Origin: Psammoneis japonica
Taxonomy: Eukaryota
Assembly: GCA_008632985.1 (NCBI GenBank)
Contig: QPGO01000103.1
Location: 1 to 64,000, forward strand
Length of the DNA stretch: 64,000 nucleotides
Direction: 5' to 3'
How positions within the stretch are numbered: position 1 is the stretch's first letter; the number at the start of each line of letters is the position of its first letter. The position numbers and the translations under genes were made by a program. The notes beneath the pieces are model-generated. The model saw nothing but the letters and a program-made list of their open reading frames with translations, had not been told where the DNA came from and did not search any database. Positions 46,523 through 60,650 of the stretch are shown one piece after another.

Positions 46523-48789
46523 TCAGTTTGCCCCTTGCGAAGATGCCCGATCCAACGACACGGTGGGAGCAAACACTTCTCGGTTGGTTTGGTTGATCTC
46601 TCGCTCCGCTTCTTGCCGACACGTCTTTTGTTTCTTGACACAAGGCCCTTCCTCCGAGTTGGAATCTGAATCATTCGAAGTGTTATCGGAAGGATCTTCC
46701 GACCCTGACCCACGGGAAGATCCAATCGCCGACTCGCTCTCTTCTGTACCCAGATCTGACGTTTCACTTGCAGATATGATATGCGGTGCAGCTCTTCTCA
46801 TGTAGGACTGTGGGCGTTTGGCCGTGGTAGATGCTGAAGTGGAATTCAGCTGTTCTTTTCTCTGTGCTTGCTCGGCAGCCGCCTTGGCATGCGCACGCAG
46901 ATTAGCGGCATTGACCACAGACGACCCGTTGGGCGCCACTCGTACGTGTCGATGAATGTGGGGTTGGTTTGCACTGTCGCCGCTCACACTCACCACAGAG
47001 GCGCTGCTGTTGCTGCTTGGCTGAGTTTCAAACTGCTGTACACTTGCACTGGAGGGCGTGTTGGTCCCGGATGGCACAGCCTCGCTGCGACAATAAGCCG
47101 AGTGCTGACTGACAGCAAGAGCCGACTCTTGCGCAAACATGGCATATGCATCCGCCGTCAAAGTGTCGGCATCTAACTCTGGCTTGTGCTGCTGGCGAAC
47201 CGCGTTCGTCGTCTTGCTGTTGTTGTCTTCGAGTGGAAGCAGGTCCTTTCCGAGAAACTTGTGAAAGTCGTCAAAGGATCGGCTCGTAAAGGGCGGCGAG
47301 TAAGGAGACGTGACCAAATCATTCGATTGCCCATTCATGGTTGGTCCTTGATACTGTGGCGCTGTCCCGTTTGGCGGCGGCGGCGGCGCCCCGTTTTGCT
47401 GCTGTTGCTTGGCGGCTGCCTTGTCGAAACCCGATAGTATATCGGGAATATCGTGTAAACCACTTGCGGCTGCAGGAAAGGCACTCGGTTCCTCCTTTTT
47501 AGTCTCGGGTGGTCGAGGTGGAATGGCCAAGTTTGTAGCTGCAGTACCGCTTGGATTCTCTTCTTTGGCTGGAAGATGCTGAGGAGGCATGGCGGCAGCC
47601 GAAAAGTTCTTTTGCATCTGGTTAAGAGCATCCACATAGGACTGATGCAAATGCCGGGTTGTATCGTCTGGCGGTGGTGGCTTGGTAGGTACAGCAGCAG
47701 CGGGAGGAGGAGCAGAGCGATTGGTACATGTCGAGTAGTACCAACAGGAGGCTGTGGCTGCTGCTGCGTTGGAACTTGAGCTACCGGAGGCGGCTGAGGC
47801 TGAGCAACAACAGTAGGGTCGGCTGGGTGACGAGGTGGAGCAGGCGGAATAACGTGCGCCACCCCAGTTGGAGGAGCAGGAGGCACCAGATGGTGCCCAA
47901 AGGCTGTATATGTAGGTGGCGGCTGAAACTGTAGATGCGGTGGATGATGAAGCATCTACAGTATATCAAGAGAAATAGAAACAAGTGTCAGTACCAGACG
48001 CGAGAACTGAATCAAGCTTAACTCTATTATACTCACAGGTCTCGCTCCCGCAGTTGGAGGCATAAATGGCGCAAGGGAATATGGTGAATGAGTGGACTCC
48101 CGATCTGTCAAGAGCGACTTGTAAAACGCCATTTCCAACTGTTTCAGCTTAGCCTCATCTTGGGGTGTTTGCACAAGTGTTTGCTTTCGATTCAAGAATA
48201 CGTGTTTCCCGATACTCTTGCCCGCATACTTTTTGGATATTCTCATGGGAGCACAGTGCAGTTTCTTGCTTAAAAAGGCGCGCAGCGTGCATCCGTTCTC
48301 ACAACCCGATACAGTTCCCTTTTCAAACTCTTGAATCAGCATTGCCGCGTAATCCTCTTCCTCCGGTGTCCACTTGCCTCTTCGAAGCTTCGTATGCTTG
48401 AAGACATCCGGAGGAGCTGCCGCCGCTGCAATGTGTTGTTGTTGCTGTTGATATCCAAAGTGAGAAGGAGCCGGATGCAAAAGTAGAGGATGCTGCTGTT
48501 GGTGTTGTGTCTGTTGTTGTTGCATTTGTTGAGCGTGTCCCATGGCTACAGCAAGAGCAGCAGTAGCTGCTGCAGCTGCTGCTGCTGCTGGGTTGTTAAG
48601 ATTGTTGTTTGGAAGCCTTTCTATTGGAACCGGTTGACTGTTTGTACCTCGCGGTGCTCCTCCAACCGATGCATTCCCAACTTCGGTCTTTTGGGGTGCG
48701 TGAGGAGGAACCATTCTCAGAAATATCCCAGTCCCCTTTTTATTGTTTGTTCTGTTTCTCTGAATAACCTCTGGCGGATACAGATACAA
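46523..48789 (-). CDS. Myb/SANT-like stramenopile-type transcription factor, Gln/Pro/Ala-rich (at least one intron; start uncertain)
   Basis: LRRGKWTPEEEDYAAMLIQEFEKG...GCTLRAFLSKKLHCAPMRISKKYAGKSIGK. Intron ~47957-48037. Poly-Q/A tracts. Confidence 0.75.
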
Positions 48790-49449
48790 GGACTATACGA
48801 TGAGTCGTAGTCGATCTCTAAGCTGTTTTCATCATCAAAAACAGAAGTTTCAGTACGACTCACCTTCTCGGGGTCACAATGACATGAAAAAATAGTTCTC
48901 GAAACTACGATTAGTGTTCAAAGCTGTTGTATATCGGTCAAATCGCGCACTCTCGAATCACAATGTTGGTTGCTATAACAGGCAATGACTGGCTCTTTTC
49001 GTTGATGTTGTTGATGGTAAACGCAATGGCTAGCAGAGTTGAAAGAATTGTTGTTGTTATTGTTCGGTTACGCAGGTGAAGCCCGTTTGTGGCAATAGGG
49101 TCGGACCATCTGGTGGTTGCCATCTGGTGCCATCTGTTCTTTCCCAGGACGAGATTTCCCAGCGTGACATTGGTCTAAACTAAAGGATTCGCAGCCCCTA
49201 AATAGAAACGTCAGCAAATTGACCCATTAGCCAATCATTTCTCTTCAGAGAACGTTATAATTGCCCTTAAAGTCCTGTTTTGCGTAACACTGATGTCACG
49301 TTTTCTCATTGCTTTTATTCAATGACGAAGATGTTTATTAAAAACATGAGAAGCGCAGATGGCTGGTGATAAATAACACCTGCTCACGAGTCAACGTCAC
49401 CCATCTTGTCGTTTTGAAAACCTTAAATAAAAATGCGTCATTTTACTGT

Positions 49450-52400
49450 ATCCCGTTGCTTCAACAAGACCTCGAATCTCGCATGGTGCAGAGCTCGTGA
49501 ACAGGAGGTGCCCTTTTGACTGTGATCTCTCTGTTTCTCAGTGCTGTCGTCATGACACACCAGTCTGAAAAATCTGGATTGTCTTGCAAAAATGCTTGCC
49601 ACATGAGAGAGGCAGAACCAGGAGCAGCTCCCCCACTTTGTTCTCTTTCTTGTGTCCAGAGTGCTGGGGGCTGGCTGGGAGCAAGGGCCAAAGCTTCTGT
49701 GGCACGCTCCAGCTCTGGGTGGGGCCTCGCACTGCTGAGCTGTGACATCAAGAGTTTTTTGGATCATGCTGCATGTCACACACATGCACATCTGCATGTG
49801 ATCTTCTATGAAATTGTTTCATGCTCCCTGTTTTGCGAAGCCAAAGGCTGCCCATGATTTTCGACACTCGCGAGAATGAAAATGTGGGCTGGGTGACGTG
49901 CCCCAGCTGCACATGAACCAAAACATGCAGAAAAATGACATTGGTGCAATTTTCTCACAGTCTTTGACTTGCAAACAAGCTTTCACCACCAAAAGCATGG
50001 GCTTGTCCAAATTTTGATGTTTTGCAATGCTGGCAAACAAGATTCACGTCAGCATTGCAACATTGTCGTCTTTGTGCAACACATGTTTTTTCATTGCAAC
50101 AAACGAGTTGCAACACAACAGATGTGTTTCACCAAATTTTGAACATTCATGTGCCATTGCTGTTTTGAGGTGCCAACACAAAACATTTGTGTGCACGCTT
50201 CGTTGTGGCAGTCTGCTTGCACAAAATTTTCTGCAATGTGAGCACTGACGTGCAGTCAGCATTGTTTCTGCAGAAAAATTTTATGACGTGCATTCCATGA
50301 AGAATTGAACACCCATGAAAAAATTGTTTGAATGTTCCTTTGCACTCCAACTGGGCATGAAAGCCAGGTGCGCAAGTGTTTTGACAAACAGCTTCAATGC
50401 ACGAAGCTTGCACAAGTTGTGCTCAAAAGGAGGGATCATCATTTTGTGCATCCCCCCGGGCTGGAACATGTTGGGTGTGTTCTTCAATGTCTGCAGAACA
50501 CACCCATGCAAACCATCAACAATGCACTTCAAGTGTGAAGGAGGAGATGTGTTTGCAAAACTGCCTCTTTTTCTGTTGGAGATCACCCACATTTTCGCTG
50601 CTCAACAAATTCACTGCAGAGCTCACATGCAGAATTCTGTGGCTCAAATGTCACACGGAGTCCCACCTGGTGGAGTGGAGCATGTCCTTTGGACACAATG
50701 ACCCAGAGGCCACCAGGTGTGGGGAGCTTGGACAGTGCTTCTCTTTTTGCCACACCCAAGTTTGGCTGCAGTGCTGCTCTCCAGATCTGCAGCAGGGTGT
50801 TGGCAAGTCTGTGATTTGCTGCCCTTTGCAAGTTGTGCCCTGCAGCTGACAAGCAAAGAAAACAATGAGGCAGGGGGGGGGCAGAAGAGAGGCAGGTCTG
50901 CTGGCAGGGCACTTCGTGTCATGTTTCCCAGCAAAAGCATTTCACCTTTCACACCCCCCAACAAACAGGAGGCTGCAGTCTGTCCTGTTGCACACACAAA
51001 CACTTGGAGAGAAGTGAGAGTGGGGCTCAACAGCAAGGGAGAGAGTGGGGAGTGCAGTGCTTCTGCGTGTCTGCAGTGGCTTCAATGGACCATGTGTGTG
51101 CACCCCCTTTTGCATGGTGTGATGTCTGTGGGGTTAATTGCGAAATGTGGCATCATCAGCAATCTCCCTCCATCAAAAAATTTAGCACACAAAAGTGCAA
51201 AGTGCACAAAGTGAAAAACACCGACAACCATGACAAGCACCGTCAGACAAAATGCCATCCCAGAGAGCCAGCTGATGGCCTCCACTTGCCCCTTTCAAGG
51301 AGATGACACAAGACACACCAAAGAGTTGGTGGTTGAAAAGGGGCAAGTGGAGATCAAAGAGTCAAACAAAAAACACAGGATTGCACTGAGAGAGAATTTT
51401 GCTGGATTTCTCCATGGTGTGAGGATGCAGCAAGAGTGGTGGTTCCCAATGAAGACAAGGGAAGCATTGGAAATGGGCAAAGGCCAGCAGAAACACTTGT
51501 TGGCACCTTGCTTGGGGGTTTGAAGTTGACGTCATGCAAGCTCGCAATTGCTGTTCTGGCTGAGACAAAAGGAAAAAGGAGACAACATTGTTGTGAAGCC
51601 GACAAAGTTGAGTGGTTTCTTCCATGAGCACTGCCTGAACAACAAAGTTGTGACAAGGAAATTTGGCACTAAAACAAATGGCAACAAGGTGCACTTTGTC
51701 AGAGTTGGTGGTGATGGTGACAGTGCAAAGGCTTTGGCAACAAAGGACCAGTTTTCCTGGGACAGAGAAGACCAACCAGAAATGCCAAGGTGCCAAGTGA
51801 CCAAGCTGCATCACAAACTCACTGTTGGGGTCAATGAAACTCTGCTGAGCACACTTGAAGAGTTTTGCATGGACAAGAACTTGACAGTTGAAGAGTCTGA
51901 AGGTGAAGAAAAAGATGTGAAAGATGACAATGCCCACGCAAAAATGAAGAAGAACATGAGGCACCCAAACCTGCATCAGCTGTCCCCAAGGAGGAGGAGA
52001 AGCAATCAGAGGAACCAACTTGGGAAGCTCTGGAAATGGAAAAGGGTGTGCCTGTAGATGACACTTGCTTCCCACAGCTGTCCAGGTTTGGCAATGGCAC
52101 AAAGGAGTGGGAGCTGTTGGCATTGGCACAAGATGTTGCAAAGTTCCGACAAGATCAGAGCCAAGATGCCATTGTTGGTGACTGCGATCCAATGCTGTTG
52201 GCGCCAATCCCCAGCACACGGCAAGTGAACTGCAAGAACTTTTGCAAGGGCTGTCAAAAATGGAAATGGCCTCAAAAGGTTCTGGAGCACATGGGAGGTG
52301 GTGCAAAGACCAAAGACAGCAATGCTGCCATCTCATTGGGAGCCGAGTGGCTTTGCCAGTGGCTGGCTGCTGAGCACAAAGTTGAGTTTCTCACAGCGGC

Positions 52401-55400
52401 AAAGGAAGCTGGCACCCCAGTCACACAACAGATGAATCGAACATCTGCAGGTGCCATGTGGAGTCAAGCCAATGTCAACGTCAATCAGCAGAGAACAACA
52501 TTGCAGCATCTCCACTGCCAGCTGGGAAGAAAATTTTTGTGCTGGAGAAGGATGTCCAGTCACTTGGTGATGGATTCATCCCCGCAAGCTGTGGAAAGTG
52601 CCGCTGCAAGAAAGAAGAAGGGAAGACACTGGAAGTCATTGATTGCTGGTCATGCTCTGTTCCAGAGCTGGTGTGCGCTGAAACAAAATTCCAGCTGAAG
52701 AAGAAGCAGATCGCTGCTGCAGAACATGATGGGGAAAAGGAGGAGCTGCCATTGGCCAGTTGCATGACTCATGATGGCAAGGGTTGGGGAATTGTGTGTG
52801 GAGGCAATCATGGAAAAAAGGGGTGGGCTGGTGTTGCCAAACTGTTCACCCACAGTTCATTGCACAGAAGATCTCCAAAGGAAAAAACTGCTCATGTTCA
52901 AGACAGTGAGCAAACAACAAAGGGTGGGTGCAGCACACTCAAGCACATGCAAGCATGCAGTGCACTGAGGACAGCTCTGAAATGCTGGCTGACACAGTCT
53001 CACTTTCCATCAACAAGGGGATGGAAAAGACAGTTTTGTCTTAACTTGTCGGCACGCAACAAGGAGAAGGGACTGGCACAGAGGCCGAGACAAGGCTCAT
53101 CCCCAAGGAGGCGTTTGCTGCATGCACAGTGGAGAAGGAGTCAATCAATGTGTTGCAGCGCAGCACCACAAGTGGTGAAGAAGGCACACCTGTTTCCATT
53201 GTTGGTGAGGCACTTGCTTTGCAGGGTGGGTTTGCAAAATTGTTCTCACCGTGCCCAAGTTCACGATCCACATCACTGGAGACCTCACGTTTTGTGCTGA
53301 TGTCCTTGGGAAGCCCAACTCAAGTGGGCATTGGCGCCACATTTGCCTGCTGAACTGGATGGAATGAAATTAGTGTCAGCATGAAAAAAGAGAGAAATGG
53401 ACAATCAAGAAATTGAAAGCTGTGCTTGAGAAGTTTCTCAACTTGAAAAGCACTGACACAGTCATGGGGGTGTGGGAATCAATGCACTGTGCCAAAGTCA
53501 GTCCTTGCCTGTGTGTTTGTCTGCCTCTTCATGTTGGAATTGAGCTGTTCAACAAGGTGTGGGATGAGTTTGCAGAGTGGATTGATGCCAAGTTAGAGCA
53601 ATTTGATGGTGAAGAGGTTGCAGTGCGGGTCAAGGCATTTGCTGCAAAAAGTGTGCTGGATGCTGCCACAGAGGTGCAAGCTCACACCAAAGATGTCACC
53701 AAGCCAGAAGAGGAGAGGGCAAATGACTTGGGTGAGCAAGCAAAGGCGATGGAGTTGGCAACAGCAATGGTGGAAAAAACAATGCAAGAGTCAAAGACGG
53801 GTGTGAAGAGAAAAAGTCCTCAAATCTTGCAAAGATGCAGTGGCCAAGCTTGAGAAGGATCGTGGGTGGCCAGTTGACAGCACAGCCATGCAGGTTGAGA
53901 TGACTCTGAAGAAGCATGGCATCAACAGGGAGGCGTGCCATGGTGGCAACTTTGACGGTGTGTCACGCCGCAGGTTGGGCACCTCCATTGCTGACATCAT
54001 GCCAGAAACAAGAGAGCAACTGCTTCAAGCCAGAAAGCAATCTGATTTGACTGATGCAGAGGCAAAACAAAAATGTGACATGCACGGGACTCTGCTTGGT
54101 TGGCTGGATGCCTTGTTCTCTTCAATGCAAGCCATCCACCCATTTGACAAATGAGGAGCTTGAGGAAACTGGAAAGTGCGCTGACCTTGTTGCAGAACTT
54201 TGGTTTGAGTTGGGTGTGTTGGTCATGACAAAAATGCACCAGGCATTGGATCATCTTCTTGACCAAGCACGGGATCTTGGCAAAGTTGGTGACAAGTTAA
54301 AACACCACATCGAGGCCGAACATCAAGTGTCTGCAAATGCTGCCAAACTGGCCCAGTGCATCCCAAGGTGCAACCAAAAACATGACTGTCAGCTGTGAAA
54401 TTGTGAAATTGAAGACAACTCAGTCACAATCTTGCAGAAGGAAAAGCTTGCAAAGGGGTGCAAGCAAACTTTGAATCCTGAGCATGAAAAGTCTCACACG
54501 ACAGCTTCAAAAAGGCAAAGGCAGTGAAGACAGAAAAACAAGAGAACTCCAAAGATGGCAAAAGTGCACAACACCAGTGTGGCTTCTTTGCACTCTGCCT
54601 TTCTTCCTTTTGTTTGGATTTTGCAATTGACAATGCACTGAGATGATTGCAGTGCAAAGAAAGTGCACCGCTGTGCTGTGACTGCAGTGTTTTGGTGTCA
54701 AAAAGACATTTTTTGGCTCCAAGCCTTGGATTTGTGAGACATCATCACTGTGTGGAAATGCACACAGAGATTTGGTGCACATCAGGTGAGCACCACATTC
54801 TGCACACAGGGTCCCCGTGCACATGCGTGAAACCATCCTGACTGGCGGGCTTCTTTTGTTGTTGCTGCTGACTGTGAGGACGAGTCATTGTCTGGTTGTG
54901 AAAAGCATGCAAACGTCCATGACTGTGTGCAAAAATGGTGTTGTGCATGTGCACAGACTTCATGTGGAGTTGTCTGTGTCCGGAAGGCTGCACAATTTGC
55001 TCCATGCCAAAAACCTGCCCGAACATGTCACCAAAATCTGGGAGGTCAAGAGAAGAGCAGGGGAACTCTGTGAGCTCTCCAACCTCAGGGCAGCAGGGAG
55101 TGGAGCAAGTGCATGTCATCTCAAGGCTGGATTGTCACTTGGTGGTCAATTTTGTTTGGGGCTTGCAAGCACCCAAAAATCACTCAGATTCGTCACACCA
55201 ACAACAGTGTGCACGTTCACCAAAAATGTGCCCAGCAACAGGTCGAACTTTGTCCATTTGCAAGATGTCATGGAGTGCATGCACAATGAATGCATGCAAG
55301 GGTTTGGGATCTCCAGAGCAACAAAAGCAGATGTGTCTGCAGCCAGTCAAGCACCAGTTGTTGGCCTTTCCTGGAAAGTTGCAGCTTGTCTGTCACCAAC

Positions 55401-58400
55401 AGCCCAATTTTGGCAAAAAACAGCGGTTTGTTGAATGTGACAACTGCGCCCAATGTGACAATTGGCATTTGAAGGTTGATCAGTGCAGCTCATGTGAAGG
55501 TCCAACAGCCCTGATGGGGGCCACACACACAAGTGTTTGGGGGTGCTCAGAGGCATTGCAAAACAACACGGGCAAAGTGCGAGAAAACTGTGAAATCATG
55601 AGCTGTTTAAAAAAACACCGCCAAACAATGATCCAGCCTTGATCCCGCACATTCCTTTGAATCATTCAAGCAGTTGCATGCACTGCCAAGACCAAATGTG
55701 GTGCAAGCTGCAAGTTCCTTTAAAAACAGTCTAAGCAGATGTGTGGCCACAACCATCATAAGAACCTGTCCTGGCTGGATCACACCCATGATCACATGAC
55801 ATCATGCAGCCTTTTTGCTGATGTTGCAGAGTCACACTTGTGAGTGCTTTCCAAACTGAATCATGCAGCACTTTTGTGCATGCCCCAACTCCTTTGTCAA
55901 TGAATGAATGTGCGACCATGTTAATTTCACACATTTCATTGCTGCTGCAGGTTTGATCATTCAACCAGAGCATGAAACCAACTGCATCGATGAAGGCGGA
56001 TTGAAACAGAACAAAAACACACAATGAGAACGGTGCCACCATGACAACAAGAATGCAACCACGGGGCTAAAACAAGCCATGTGAAGGAGACAAATTGATC
56101 ATAAAATCAAACTCATGCATGACTTGTGTGTGGTGAGCAACTTCTTCATTGTGTGAGCATCTGCCTGGAATTGCTTGAGAGAAGGTTCAGCAAATTGCTG
56201 TGCATCATGATGAGACAAGAGTGGTGCGCAAAGCACCTCAACACTGAAAGTTTCTTGCATGTGATCACACCACAGGTTTGTCTTGGATGGGACAAAGCCA
56301 CGCGCACTTTGGTTGCATCAAAAAAGCTGCTTCTGGGTCATTTCGTGTGTTGACCCAGAGGGTGTGATGTGGGGGTGTGACCTCGAGCATGTGTGCACGG
56401 TCATTGGGCTGTGCAGGTGTGTGCACATGTGTGAGGTGCAAGCACAACACATGCAGAATTGGCACTGACTGAGTTGACATGCGGTGGATTTTCCGCCAGT
56501 GCACAATCTACGTGGTCTGCATGGAAGACAAAATTGTGTTGGTCTCTTGTGGTTTCACATGTCATTGAAATTTCTTTGGCCTTGCAGAGATGCACACCCA
56601 AATTCAAAAAAGTGAGGAACACCCCAAAACACATTTTAGAGGATGAACAAAAAAAATTCTGTTTGACGGTCTGAACAGGGTCACCCTGAAGCTCTTCTCA
56701 AATTATTTTCAGCTTCCACAGAGCAAAAAATCCACTGTTGCTGAAAAAGAAGCACCGTCGATAAAATGGACCCCCCAATCCTTCACATGCAAACAGCAGC
56801 ACAACGTCAACACCCAACAACACCATGGCAAGCAATGCAAGTCTCATCCACTGATCTGCTTGCAGGCATTTCCAGAGAAGATCAACACAGTTGGACAACA
56901 TTTGGGCACTGCATTCCTGGGCAAAGTTGGGTTTCTTCTCATTGCTTGTTGTCGTGTCATTTTACAATGTTTTGACCATCGTGCATTTTTGCTTTGAAAC
57001 TTCTGGTTGCACCAACCAACAACAGCTTTTTCTGCAGGGTGTGGCCAGTTGGACAGTCACATTGAACCCAAACGTGTGCAACCAAGTGGCCCCACCCTGG
57101 CTGACCAACATTTCCAGAGGAACAGTGATGTCAGGTGTGGTCAAATGCATGACCCAGTTTGTTTGGAGAGGGTCCAAAGGACAGCTCATTCGAACATGAC
57201 ACAAGCTGGCACTTGTCTTGCACCTGTCCTTTGTGCAGCACACATTGCAGAACTCGCGCGCCACACTGCACAGCAGCCCCACAGTGATGTTCGAAGTTTG
57301 CCCCCACCGACGGAAGTTGAAGCCAATCAGAAGAGCTCAATTCAGGTGCAAATGTGTCAAGACCATCAATTGTTTTTTTTAAATGCACATCATCTTCATT
57401 TGACATTTCATTCCTTTTCTCCCACAGACAGACACCAACTCAACCTCAAATGGGCACAACACACTGATGACTTTGAGTTCACTGACCAGCTCATCCCTCC
57501 ATCCGACTTCAAATTTTCAACCCATTTTCTCTCTCATTCCCTCACTGAAGTTGAGTGCCGCATTGCACATGTTGTTGAGCATGAGCCCTGATGAACAACA
57601 AAAATGAAAGACACCGCCAATCACTTTGGTGGCACCGTGGGCATTCAGTTGCAGAATTGAAAGAACCCAATGAAAAAGGCAAAGAAAAACATGCACTCTC
57701 ATCTTGCTTGCATCAGCACAGGTTCATCATCCCCATCAAGACCAGCCCCAAGGCAAGTTCAATTGAATGTGTTTGGAATGGTTGATGACCAATTTGACAA
57801 TGGAGGGCAGAAACACAAGCAATGCAAACAAGGTCCCACCCACAAAAAGGGCCATGACAAGACCTGCTCCCATTCCAAGCACTGCATGAAGAGTGGGAAT
57901 GCAGTCAAGGTTGAGAAGAAACTCCAAGACCAAGACAACATCAGCCATGAGGTTCTAAATGGGATGAAACACAGTGGCAGAATTTGGGCCCTTCTTTTTT
58001 TTCAGCAGCCAAGAAGCACTGTGGAATCCAAAAATGGCTCTCCACCCAACACAAAGGACCCACCTCCAACTCTGACTGCTGTGACAATGAGCGCCAATGC
58101 CACACCATCCTGCTCAAACACAACCCTCTCTCACCGCAAGTGCTGAAAGAAGAAACAAAAAAGCAGATTCCAAAATTTTCTGCCAACAAGTCATCCTTTC
58201 CAGCAAGCACGCAAGCACTTGTGTTGCTTTCCATGACTTGTGTCTGTCCAGATTCAAGAGCGATTCAAATGACATGAGACATCATGGATCAGAAGCTGCA
58301 ATGGCATCAGAAACAATTTCCTGCTGGGACTCTGTCATTTGCTGTGCCACAAGATGACAAGTCTGTTGCTCCAGATGCTGTGCACTGTGAGATTGAGGGT

Positions 58401-60650
58401 GTCACAATTTGCATCATGTGATGGGAACTCAACAGCATTGACATCGAGTTGACATGCATGGATTGCGGGGGCAAGCTTGCACACCAACAATTTGTTGTCA
58501 CAAGAGACTGTCCACTTGCTCCTGTTTTTGACATCAGAGGACCTGCCGATTGGCTCAGCTCCATGTGGCACAAATGTGAGACAAGTGCAGATTGTCGTGT
58601 CACTGTGATGACAGGCGGCTCCTGCACTCTTTGCTGCTGCACCTGCAAATGGCCTGCCCAGTTGATGTGCAGCATGCCTTGGCAAACAACAGCTTTCATG
58701 TGACAAAGACAACCACATGCTGCATTGATCACATGATGCAGCAACATGGAAATGGCCAGGTGATTTCAGCGTTCCTGCACCAAATGATGGCAGCAGCCTG
58801 CAAGGACATGGAGATGTCCCATTGTTCACAATCAATTGCAGCCAAGTCCAAGTCAACAAAAGCACTTTCAGAGTTTGAAGATTGGACTGGACAATGTGGA
58901 CCAACAGGAGAAAACATTCAGTCAATGTGTGATGCTGTGGCTGACTTGGAATTGACTGAATGTGGTGTCTTGGACAAGATGTGTCACATGCCAGAGATGC
59001 AGTTGGTCGGGAGCAGCACAAGTGTTGCAAGTGACCACACCTTTGATCAGTTGAAGAATTGCTCGAAAACTGAAACATCTGGACTCTTTGCTGTGGGGGT
59101 TGAGACTGGTGAGATTGGTTCTGCCGTTTGTGTTCCATCCTTGGAAACCAAGGACTGTGCTCACGCAGCAGAACAATTTGCAAAGCGGGCTGACATGCAT
59201 CCAAAAGTTCATTTCTCGGATGCTTGGCTGAACAACAAATCGTTCATCTGGAAGGAAACATTTGATTGTGAGATGGGTTGTCATCTTGGATTGTGGCGCT
59301 GGATGAATTGCATCACTCAGACATTGCAGAAGACACATGTTGACTTTGGAAAGGCAGTTTCTGACTTGAAGCTTGCGTGTGACACAGCAAGGAGCTTGAC
59401 AAAGCAAGGGTGGCTGAGGCGTTGGCCTCTGGCAAGCTGAATGGAAAGAAGCACACCCCAGCAAGAGATCCAACAGAGCTCAAGGGGAGCAAGCTGCAGA
59501 AGAATTGTGCTGCAAATGTTTGAAAGTGGGCACTGCCTTTGGAAGAGAGAAACACAAATCTTGATGCATGGTTTCAGAAGTGCAAGCAGTGTGCCGTGTC
59601 ACCTGGGGCACCGCCGGTGCAAGGACGATGCGACCCTGATTCTGGAAAGCCGCTCTTCACCAAGGACACAAAAGATGCTGCAGAGAATGCTGAGAAAAAG
59701 ACAGCACCCAGTCTCTGTGAAGCAACAAGTCAGGACAAGATGCACAGGGTGGTGCTGCCATTGAAACACTCCAAGTCAAAATTGAACACCCACAAATCAA
59801 ATGTTCTTGGAACGGAATCAAGACTCGAAAAGCGCCACGATCTTGTCAAGAATTTTGCAAACACCAGCATGAGATCATCGCTTGCCAATTCTCAATCCTT
59901 GCAAGAGATGTGTGAGCACAACTGTGACATTTGCGAGCACATTAAAATTGATGAAATGACGCCAGAGGAACGTGCAGCGACTCCACATGCATTTCGTGGT
60001 GGGCACTGTTGTCGCTCATTGCAACCACAGCAGGTTGCATTTCATCAATGGGCTTGCAAGGCATGCTGGAGCATCGCATGATGTTCATCACAATGTCAGA
60101 CTGTTGAAGGAAGACGGTGGTGAGTGATTTTTTTCTGAATGTGTGGACCAACTGGTGATGCTTGACATGAAGGCACACGACAAAAGCAAGGACGTCAACC
60201 GGTGTGCCTGCAAACTCTGCGGGGGAGCAGTGCCGAGGTTGCCACATGCCACCCGATCAAATCCATGCACCAAGAGGAGCAATGTAGAATCTATTTTGGA
60301 GCCACCAAAAAAGAAATTGGTGGTGTCAACCGATTTAGAAACACAGCAAGACACAGCTTTGTGCGCTCCAAAATGCCCCCCAGAGCTGTGGAGGCGACAG
60401 CACCACGACCTGCATCCTCGACGCTGACTTCTCCTGTCACAACAGTGCCTCCAGCTTCCCTGCTTCAGTTCAATCCATTTGTTGTACCGTTGGGGTTTGT
60501 CATGCCACCAAACAACCAGGCAATGCTGCCGCCGATCAACAGTTTCTGTTGTTTCAAAGCAGCTGGTGCTTTCCATTGGTCCAAGCAAAACATTTTGGGC
60601 ACTGCAATGCGAGGAAGGGTCCCTCATGACCATTGGTGTATGTTTAAGCA
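49450..60650. other. TpA-depleted, TpG/CpA-enriched transposon-rich domain (right block)
   Basis: About 30 TA seen by eye in ~11.2 kb. CpG is also scarce. ORFs are Tyr-free and Cys/His-rich. TA is frequent on both flanks (ccttaaataa ~49425; ttttaaagtagtttatg ~60655). Confidence 0.93.
51230..54560 (+). mobile_element. Decayed Transib/RAG1/Chapaev-like DDE transposase
   Basis: Ordered motifs across broken frames: GG(N)HGK (~52800), ITGDLTF(C)ADVLGKPNSSGHW-R-HIC (~53270-53350), PLHVGIELFNKV (~53525), GINREA(C)HGGNFDG..RRRL (~53920-53975), TKMHQALDHL...G..G.....IEAEHQ (~54225-54330). Confidence 0.72.

Noticed and set aside
51113..54752. RSS-like TIRs for the Transib-like element (CACTGTG at 54746-54752; CATGGTG at 51113)
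   Set aside because: The match needs indels, no TSD was found, and CA/TG-rich sequence produces such heptamers by chance.
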